The notes under the pieces are model-generated. The model saw nothing but the letters and a program-made list of their open reading frames with translations, was not told the origin of the DNA and ran no database searches. Both the position numbers and the translations under genes were made by a program. Below are positions 16,918-23,914 of a stretch of DNA of 24,732 bases, one piece after another. Within the stretch, counting starts at the first letter, position 1; the number at the start of each line of letters is the position of its first letter. The DNA lies in assembly GCA_964353395.1 (NCBI GenBank), contig CAYGVV010000001.1, positions 1 through 24,732 of the forward strand, in the 5' to 3' direction. The stretch is from an uncultured Candidatus Bathyarchaeia archaeon. GTDB taxonomy: Archaea > Thermoproteota > Bathyarchaeia > Bathyarchaeales > Bathycorpusculaceae.

Positions 16918-16956
16918 ACTAGTTGCTCGGAAAAGACTATAGCCCCCTTATATAAA
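16918..16956 (-). repeat. Dispersed motif, copy 5 = right arm of the 39-bp inverted repeat
   Basis: Minus strand reads tttatataagggggctatagtcttttccgagcaactagt. Confidence 0.8.
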
Positions 16957-17525
16957 GAATGAACTTGTATGTGCTGTGTCTGGGGCTGTCTCTGTTTGGG
17001 GCAGAAAAGCCATCGTCACTGCTTCAGGACCGCATGAAAAAGGGTACTCTGAATCTTCAGACATGTAAAAGTTTAGTCCCAAGTTGGGTCTAAGCCTGAA
17101 CGGCCAACTCAGTTCAGCCAATTGTTAACTAACCTCCACATGCCTGCCTCATTTGATATTATCGCCTGAGACCGACCAAGACAGTTAGTCAATGCGGCAA
17201 CTGTTCTTTGTCAACACATTCCAGCTTGCTTCTCAACTTGGGTAAATTTATGTAATGACTTTAATTCAATATAAATTTGTTTGTACACGGGAAGTTATAT
17301 TTGCCATTATGCGTGAGGAGTTTTTGACGAAGTCAACTAAAGTAAGGCATCATGCCACGCGCAGAAAACAGCAAACGATGGTGAGTATATAAACGATTGG
17401 CAGATGCGGAATGCTTTTCTGTTATGGTGCCTGCCAATTTTTGGGTTTATATACTTTAAAAGCTTAAACCTATTGTTCATAACGAGTGTATTGGCGCAGC
17501 CCATAACTCTCCGGTAAGGACGCAA

Positions 17526-18263
17526 ATGACGAGCAACAAGGAAAAATTTGAGCAAGACCTAACCGTTCTACTTTCTCGATTAACAGTTGATGTGGATAGC
17601 GACTCAGAGCAAAAGCTCAGCAAACTCAAAAGTGAACTTGTGAGTCTCCACGAAGAGAACGTTGTTAAAATCAACCATTCAGTGATGGAGCTCGTGTGCG
17701 CAAAATACCTAATCCTCAAAGGCTACGATGTCCAAGTTGAGCATCCACTGAATGAAATTTTGACATGCGACTTATACTCGGTGAAAGGCTATGGGAACCT
17801 CATAGTAGAAATAGAAACAGGCTACATTCCGCCGGAACACGCCATGGACCCTTTAACTTATACTTACGCGCGGCTAGCCAGCAAAATAATACGTTACAGT
17901 AGTTTCGCTGGAAAATTCGCCATAGGTGTCCCCCCTCACTACGTGCTGCCGCTGCCGCGAACGCTAGCCTTGCCGCCCCGAAAAAGAACACCTAGAGACA
18001 TGGAGCACATAAAAAACCTGTGCGACCTATATTACCAAAATCCACCCGTGACAACAAACGAAATTTTAAACGCCAGAATACATGAAATCTACATAATCGA
18101 CGTTGACCGACTGAAAGTCCAAGCAATGGACCCTGACACTTACATGAAACGCGCGCTGCACAAAGGCGTAATTTTCACGCTGAAAGACGAAGGCATCATT
18201 GACCGATTGAAAACGGCTGAGCAAGGACGCGACGACGAAAAACTGGATTACTACACCAAATGA
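17526..18263 (+). CDS. Conserved archaeal hypothetical protein, PD-(D/E)XK nuclease-like
   Basis: 245 aa. VEHP...TCDLY...LIVEIETG resembles the restriction-endonuclease-like catalytic arrangement with ExE in place of ExK. The CDS is solid; the function is inferred. Confidence 0.65.
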   Translation: MTSNKEKFEQDLTVLLSRLTVDVDSDSEQKLSKLKSELVSLHEENVVKINHSVMELVCAKYLILKGYDVQVEHPLNEILTCDLYSVKGYGNLIVEIETGYIPPEHAMDPLTYTYARLASKIIRYSSFAGKFAIGVPPHYVLPLPRTLALPPRKRTPRDMEHIKNLCDLYYQNPPVTTNEILNARIHEIYIIDVDRLKVQAMDPDTYMKRALHKGVIFTLKDEGIIDRLKTAEQGRDDEKLDYYTK

Positions 18264-18279
18264 TGCTGGAGCGCTCCTG

Positions 18280-18537
18280 ATGCCATACTACGTGTACATC
18301 ATCCTATGCAACGATGGCAGCTTCTATACTGGATACACCAAAAACGTGAAAGCACGCGCGAGACTGCACGCTAACGGCAGAGGCGCAAGATACACAAAAA
18401 TGCACAAACCACGAGAAGTAGCCTACATCGAACAGCTCACTTCGCGGTCAGAAGCCATGAGACGAGAAAAAGCAATAAAAAAACTCAGCCACAGCCAAAA
18501 AGAAGACCTGATTAAATCGCAAAAAACGCGCAAATAA
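18280..18537 (+). CDS. GIY-YIG nuclease (UPF0213/YhbQ-like)
   Basis: YYVYIILCNDGSFYTGYT...R...H..GRGARYTK...EAMRREKAIK. Confidence 0.93.
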   Translation: MPYYVYIILCNDGSFYTGYTKNVKARARLHANGRGARYTKMHKPREVAYIEQLTSRSEAMRREKAIKKLSHSQKEDLIKSQKTRK

Positions 18538-18611
18538 CCAGGGCGAAAAACCCGCTGAGAGAAAGTTTGATTAGAAACCAACTGGCAAATAGAGAATTCA
18601 AGGCGAGAGAC

Positions 18612-19085
18612 ATGCCAAAGAACAAGCCAACGTGGTGCGAGAAACTGCACGACAGCAAAGGACTCCCAAAAGTGGAGCCCATCACAGGCAACATGAGTAA
18701 ACGGTGGGGCACAGGAACCTTAGTTATCCCAGCACCCATCGAAGTGGACGAAATAATGCGCAAAGTCCCCAAAGGCAAACTCACAACCATCAACGACATC
18801 CGCGCCGCACTCGCCAAAAAACACAACGCCACAATCGGGTGCCCCATGACCACGGGTATCTTCTCTTGGATTGCAGCCCACGCCGCAGAAGAACAACGCC
18901 AAAACGGCGAAAAAGACATCACGCCCTACTGGCGGGCACTGAAAACAGGCGGTTTACTGAACGAAAAGTACCCAGGCGGAATCGAAGCGCAAAAACAGCT
19001 CTTGGAAAGCGAAGGGCACACCGTGATTCAGAAAGGCAAAAAATGCGCAGTGCTTAACTACGAGAAGGCATTGGCAACCATTTAA
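18612..19085 (+). CDS. MGMT-family / alkyltransferase-like (ATL) DNA-binding protein lacking the catalytic Cys
   Basis: KVPKGKLTTINDI...PYWR (in place of PCHR)...YPGGIEAQKQLLESEG. ATG 18612 is preferred to 18567. Confidence 0.85.
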   Translation: MPKNKPTWCEKLHDSKGLPKVEPITGNMSKRWGTGTLVIPAPIEVDEIMRKVPKGKLTTINDIRAALAKKHNATIGCPMTTGIFSWIAAHAAEEQRQNGEKDITPYWRALKTGGLLNEKYPGGIEAQKQLLESEGHTVIQKGKKCAVLNYEKALATI

Positions 19086-19120
19086 GCTCTAAATAGTCTC
19101 TTGGCACCTGTGTGAAAAAA

Positions 19121-20365
19121 TCAAATAATGAGCATTAATGTTAAACCCGCGCACAAAGGAATCAAAAGATTATCGTTCACGGGCAGAGGCAAAACCTCCA
19201 CCGTCATGGCAACAGCAGCCCCAACCAAAGCCATCCAAGGCGCCACAAAAAATGAACCCGCCAGAAACGCAAAAGCGAAGCCAGCCAAAGAACCTTCCAA
19301 CGTTTTCGCTTTGTTAAATGGAAGAGGCTTCTTTGTGATTAGACCTCCGACGAGGGAGGCGGTGCTGTCGCCCAAGGCGAAAATGGCTATTGCGGCGTTG
19401 CTAGCGGGAACTGGAAAAAGCAGCAAAGTAAGCACGATGCCCACAGCGAAGTAGACTGGTGCTAAAGTGAACTCGCAAAGCTCTGTCTGAGACGCTGCAT
19501 AACGCGTTATGGTGGAGATAAGCGGCATGTTTTTTCCCCTTACACGTGACAATTCAGATGCCACGTAAAAAGCAATCACAATGCAAATCAGTAATGCAGC
19601 AACTGGAACACTGATTACCCCCGCGACAACAGGAACAAAAAAGCCTGAACCATGAATCATTTCCCGGAAAACATCGTTCCTTGACGGAAAAGCTCTCCGC
19701 TTGGATTCCCCGTTTAATACAAGCAAAATCTTCGACAGCTTGCCGTTTACCACAGTGTCCGCTTTCATGCGTATGCGGAAATCAGGGTTGTACCCTATTT
19801 TTTGCGCTCCTTTGAGAAAAAGACATGCGTTATTGCGGTCATCAGCCACAACCGCACACTCATCAACGCGTAATCCTTCAGTTTTGACTATTTGGTTGAG
19901 GACTCGCAGTTTCCCGTTTGGTTCTATAACTTCGCCCCAGATTTCTCCCGTCAGAGCCTCATCTTTGACGCCTACTTCTACGCCTACAGCGTAATCCGCC
20001 CCTAACATATCTGCTAATTTCTTGACTAGAAACGTTGGCAATCCTGAACTTATCAGCGCAGTTTTGTAGCCCGCTGATTTGAGCGAAGCGAAAACCTCTT
20101 TTGCATTAGGCATTAGGGGAAGCTTTTCGAGGCTTTGCAGGAACAACTGAAGTTTGGCGCCACGCATGACCATAAATAAACGTTGCAAAGCTGACTTCAA
20201 CCGCATCACGCCTATCTCGTATAGGAACCCGAAAAAGAGAACCTTAAGCAGCGGCGTTAGGCCTAGGCTTCTGCCCACTTCAAAGAACAGGCGGTTCTTG
20301 GGTATTAGCACGCCTTCAACGTCGAAGACCACAAGCTTTGACTTTGTGCAGTTTTGAGTTGTCAA
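19121..20365 (-). CDS. Fusion: HAD-superfamily (SerB/ThrH-like) domain + SEC59/DGK1/VTE5-type CTP-dependent lipid kinase domain
   Basis: N-terminal VVFDVEGVL, LISSG, K, ADDRNN; C-terminal FREMIH, ALGDSTASLVG, KTLEGSLAG, NDNLLIP with multiple TM helices. Confidence 0.85.
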   Translation of the reverse strand: MTTQNCTKSKLVVFDVEGVLIPKNRLFFEVGRSLGLTPLLKVLFFGFLYEIGVMRLKSALQRLFMVMRGAKLQLFLQSLEKLPLMPNAKEVFASLKSAGYKTALISSGLPTFLVKKLADMLGADYAVGVEVGVKDEALTGEIWGEVIEPNGKLRVLNQIVKTEGLRVDECAVVADDRNNACLFLKGAQKIGYNPDFRIRMKADTVVNGKLSKILLVLNGESKRRAFPSRNDVFREMIHGSGFFVPVVAGVISVPVAALLICIVIAFYVASELSRVRGKNMPLISTITRYAASQTELCEFTLAPVYFAVGIVLTLLLFPVPASNAAIAIFALGDSTASLVGGLITKKPLPFNKAKTLEGSLAGFAFAFLAGSFFVAPWMALVGAAVAMTVEVLPLPVNDNLLIPLCAGLTLMLII

Positions 20366-20461
20366 CAGTTTTCACTTCAACCTGTCCGCGGGAAACGGGA
20401 ACGCTACTAAATAGGCGCTGATGTTCTAAAAAGGAGTTCCGCTGCATCAATCCAGATTCTG

Positions 20462-21805
20462 TCACGTGGACTCGCTGCAAAGGTACTTTTCACTTTGCAG
20501 TTCCAGAGGGCAGCCTCCTCCGCAGACCTGCAGTTGAGGGCAGTTCTTGCATTTGGCTTCAGCGTAGGCTCTGATGCGTATTTTCACGGCAACTGGGTGG
20601 TTCCAAATCTGAATCCACTTGTCAGTAAGGATGTTTCCTAAGCTTTCAAAGTAGCTTTGGCATGGGTAAACATCCCCGTTCGGTGCAACGCACATGTTAA
20701 TCAGCGCTGCCGTGCACGATTTGACGCCTAAACCTGCTTGGACAGGGTCGAAACGGCAGTACTGGGTAGGCGTGTACCACAGGAATTTTAGTCCAAGCTG
20801 CTGGGCTTTGACTCGGATTTTGGGCAGAAGCTCATTCAACTGGTCAAAGGTTAACGCGAATTCTTGGCTTACGCTTTCGGCTTTTCCAGAGTATATGAGG
20901 CTGTTGCAGCCGAAAGCATCAACGCCTAAGACCCTGATGAAGTCAACTGTGTCCAGGAATTCTGGGGCGTTGTGCTGGCTGAGCGTGGAGTTCGTGGTCA
21001 CGTAAATTTGTGAGTTAACCGCATTCCTGATTCCTGCAACGGTTTCCTTCCAACTGCCAGACGAAGCGGTCATCAAATCGTGGACTTCAGCCTTGTGAGA
21101 TTCCAGGGTTACTTGCACGAAGTCTAACCCTGCTTTCTCAAGCGTTTCCACGTAGGCTTTGTCTTTTAGCCTTCTGCCGTTGGATATGAGCCCCGTGACC
21201 ATGCCTTTGTTCTGGGCATAAAGCAGCAGTTCAGGCAGGTCTTCGCGGAGGGTAGGTTCGCCGCCTGTGAAGGTTAAGATGAAAATGCCAATGTCGCTTA
21301 GTCGGTCTATGACCTGTCGCCATTGCTGCGTGGTGAGTTCAGGCGTTTCGTGGGGTCCGCCTGCGTAGCAGTGGATGCAGTTGTTCTGGCACCTGAACGT
21401 CAAAGCCATGTCCATGCGCAGAGGCGCTGAATACTCGTAGCTGAAAGGCTCTTCTTTCTCAACATTAAGGAAGGTTACGGGGCAGATTTTCTCCGTTTTT
21501 GCCAGCGTGTTTACGGTGTAAACGAGTTTCTCGTAGTCCTGTTTTGCCTTTGCCTCGTTCACGCGGTACAGTTGACGGATTTTTTTTAACACGTGGTGTT
21601 GAGGTATGCCTTGCATGAAATAGTAAGCGTATGCCGAAGCGGTTTCATTAAGGTGAAGCACTGTGTTTGCGTTTATCACCATGACGCCGCGTCCGTCAGG
21701 CTCGATGCGAAGCTGAAGCGCTAATCCTGCGAACTCGCCTTTTCCACGGTACGTGTAACGGCCTGCAGGAACTGGGCGTTTTCTTATTCGTTGTAGGAAA
21801 CTCAT
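20462..21805 (-). CDS. Radical SAM/SPASM enzyme with N-terminal PqqD/RRE-like domain
   Basis: CQNNCIHC (CX3CX2C); FTGGEP; SPASM C-x12-G-x4-C and CX2CX5CX3C (CKNCPQLQVCGGGC); N-terminal three strands plus helices (GVMVINANTVLHLNETA...VLKKIRQLY...AKQD). Confidence 0.92.
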   Translation of the reverse strand: MSFLQRIRKRPVPAGRYTYRGKGEFAGLALQLRIEPDGRGVMVINANTVLHLNETASAYAYYFMQGIPQHHVLKKIRQLYRVNEAKAKQDYEKLVYTVNTLAKTEKICPVTFLNVEKEEPFSYEYSAPLRMDMALTFRCQNNCIHCYAGGPHETPELTTQQWRQVIDRLSDIGIFILTFTGGEPTLREDLPELLLYAQNKGMVTGLISNGRRLKDKAYVETLEKAGLDFVQVTLESHKAEVHDLMTASSGSWKETVAGIRNAVNSQIYVTTNSTLSQHNAPEFLDTVDFIRVLGVDAFGCNSLIYSGKAESVSQEFALTFDQLNELLPKIRVKAQQLGLKFLWYTPTQYCRFDPVQAGLGVKSCTAALINMCVAPNGDVYPCQSYFESLGNILTDKWIQIWNHPVAVKIRIRAYAEAKCKNCPQLQVCGGGCPLELQSEKYLCSEST

Positions 21806-21806
21806 T

Positions 21807-23432
21807 TTAGCCTACTCCTCCTCCGGCGCATGCACAAGCGCAAGAGACGCAAGCGCAGGCACAGGCGCATGCTGCACACGCGCAGACACCGTCGGCTCCG
21901 TGGCGTGCGGGTTCATGTGATGTTTTGGCTGGTGGTGGAGAGGGGACGATGGAGTTGGCGAATTTCTCGATGTTAGCTACGATGCTGTTTGAGGTTTTTT
22001 CTACGGATGTGGCGATGTTGTTGGCGAATTCTGCGCCTGGGATGACAGGGGGCTTCGCAGATTGGGCGGGAACATTGATGTTCGGCTTGTACGTGGGATG
22101 GGGATTGTAATGTGTGTAGCCGTACCAGACCCAGAACCACATGGGGCTGGGTTCGAAAGCGCGGGTTTGGAACGTTGTCTCTGTGCGTCCGCGGTAGTTC
22201 GGGTCTAACAGCAGCCAAAGCAACTGTTCATCGTAGGCTTTCGAGGCGATGTCTGCAGTGCCTGCTTGCTCCACTTGGTGCCAGGCTTTGTCCACGATTT
22301 TTCGGTAGTAGTCTATGGTGTCTTTTCTGCTGTAGCCGCGCAGCTTCTCCTCCAAAGTGTCGCGGAGAGTCATGACTGTTTTTGCCAGTTTTTCCTCGTC
22401 CAGGGTGCCGTCGGCTTTCAATGCGTTGAGGAAGTCGATTTCGTAGTATCGAAGCGGGTTCGTGTCGGGTCCTTTTTTGTTTTTGAATTCTGGCATGATT
22501 CGCAGGAGCAGCGTTGGCTTGGTTGATTCTGCCCATACGGCGCGTTTCTGGAGTAGGCTGTAGAGGATTTCTGTGACGATTTGTGTGGGTTTCAGGTCTA
22601 GGAGGTATGAGGCTTCGACTGCGGTTAAGCCGCGTCTTGCGCCGAGGGTTTCCATGCTGACTTTTGGCGCTGTGTATGCTCGTTTAGTAACTGCGATTAT
22701 GACTATTGCGATGGCGACTATGACGAAGAACAATGCAGCTGCCACTATAGCGATTGTTGTTGTTGAGATTTCGCCGCTTGCTGGCTGCTGCACGTAGTTT
22801 GGCAGGTACTGCTGTGGGAAGGAGACGCCGACGATGTACTGCTCGTTAGCTTGGATGACGGGTGTTTCCCAGTAAACTGTGAGTCTGCCGTCGGATTCTA
22901 TAGATGTGCTGTTCCAGAACTTCTCGTTGGTTTTGACGTCGCTGACGGAGACGTTTTGCGGAAGAACAATTTGTATACGGACGTCGTTTATGGGTACACT
23001 TTGCCATTCTGGGGCGAACTCCATGCCGAGGTTGCCTGGGTTCAGGGTATCGGGGCTTATCATGTTGCCGACGTTTGTGGTTACAATGAACCAGATGGTG
23101 TTTCCCGCGGTTAACGGCGTGTTAAGGTTAACTTTTGCGGCTGTGTCGTCCGGTGAAGCTTGCAGTGTGTTCCCGTACTGGTCTATGGCTGAGCCGACGA
23201 AAAAGTCGCTGTTGGGTTGCCCCAGTCTTACGTAGTTTATGTTGTCGCCTGAATCCAAAGTCAAGCTTACGTTGTATTGCAGGTCGATTGTGGCGTCGTC
23301 GTTTATCCAGAGTTTTGCCCATTCCTGGTTGAAACGGTACACGCGTGTCTGCGCGTTTGCTGCACTCAAGGACGCCACAGAAATGAGCATAATGGCTGCT
23401 AAAATCAGGGGGATAAGGCGTTTCTTCACCAT
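21807..23432 (-). CDS. Single-pass membrane protein (DUF2207-like architecture) with Cys-Ala-rich C-terminal tail
   Basis: Signal peptide, beta-rich outer domain, TM followed by KR, helical inner domain, tail CACAACACACACVSCACACAGGGVG holding all 9 Cys of the protein. Confidence 0.88.
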   Translation of the reverse strand: MVKKRLIPLILAAIMLISVASLSAANAQTRVYRFNQEWAKLWINDDATIDLQYNVSLTLDSGDNINYVRLGQPNSDFFVGSAIDQYGNTLQASPDDTAAKVNLNTPLTAGNTIWFIVTTNVGNMISPDTLNPGNLGMEFAPEWQSVPINDVRIQIVLPQNVSVSDVKTNEKFWNSTSIESDGRLTVYWETPVIQANEQYIVGVSFPQQYLPNYVQQPASGEISTTTIAIVAAALFFVIVAIAIVIIAVTKRAYTAPKVSMETLGARRGLTAVEASYLLDLKPTQIVTEILYSLLQKRAVWAESTKPTLLLRIMPEFKNKKGPDTNPLRYYEIDFLNALKADGTLDEEKLAKTVMTLRDTLEEKLRGYSRKDTIDYYRKIVDKAWHQVEQAGTADIASKAYDEQLLWLLLDPNYRGRTETTFQTRAFEPSPMWFWVWYGYTHYNPHPTYKPNINVPAQSAKPPVIPGAEFANNIATSVEKTSNSIVANIEKFANSIVPSPPPAKTSHEPARHGADGVCACAACACACACVSCACACAGGGVG

Positions 23433-23794
23433 TTCGGCTCCTCAGTTACTTCGAAAGTTTTTCCGCAGTAAGGACACGCAGCGTAGGGCACTCCTGAGAC
23501 AATTTTAATCTGATTCGGGTCCACGGAACCGCCGCAGTTGGGGCACTTGATTGGCGCGGCTTTCATCTGCCCCGAAAGCTCCAGCTGCTGGATGATGGTT
23601 GTGGGTTTGCGGGAGAAAACGTAAGCTACGTAGGCTACAGCGAAGCCGACAAGAAGAAGTATGGCGCCTTCCACCAATCTCAGAACCTGCTGTTCTTGAG
23701 TGAGGGTTACTGACCCAGCGGACAGTAGGAATATGAAGCCGAAGAATAGGAGAACTGCTGAGGCGATTGCGCCTAATACTACTGTAATTTTCAT
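23426..23794 (-). CDS. Small two-TM membrane protein with C-terminal Zn ribbon
   Basis: Two hydrophobic helices, then CPNCG-x17-CPYCG. The stop overlaps the next start (ATGGTGA, 7 nt). Confidence 0.85.
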   Translation of the reverse strand: MKITVVLGAIASAVLLFFGFIFLLSAGSVTLTQEQQVLRLVEGAILLLVGFAVAYVAYVFSRKPTTIIQQLELSGQMKAAPIKCPNCGGSVDPNQIKIVSGVPYAACPYCGKTFEVTEEPKW

Positions 23795-23914
23795 GGATAC
23801 GTGATGTATAACACGTCAGAATTTAAGTTTGTCCTCTGTTATCTTCCGTCCGTAGTTATCATGTTCCCTATTTCATTAGAATATTTGCTTATTGAAAATC
23901 AGCTTTTCACATTA

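Noticed and set aside
14443-16956. CRISPR array interpretation of the repeated motif
   Set aside because: Copies are irregularly spaced (71 nt to over 1 kb), occur in both orientations and are degenerate; no cas genes are present.
16960-17525. Long intergenic region as a possible ncRNA or small ORF (MREEFLTK..., 27 aa)
   Set aside because: No convincing stem-loops, C/D box pairs, SD or homology cues by eye; left unannotated.
21807-21884. Microsatellite or low-complexity artefact explanation for the CACAC tail
   Set aside because: The DNA uses mixed synonymous codons and ends in a proper stop coupled to the next start.
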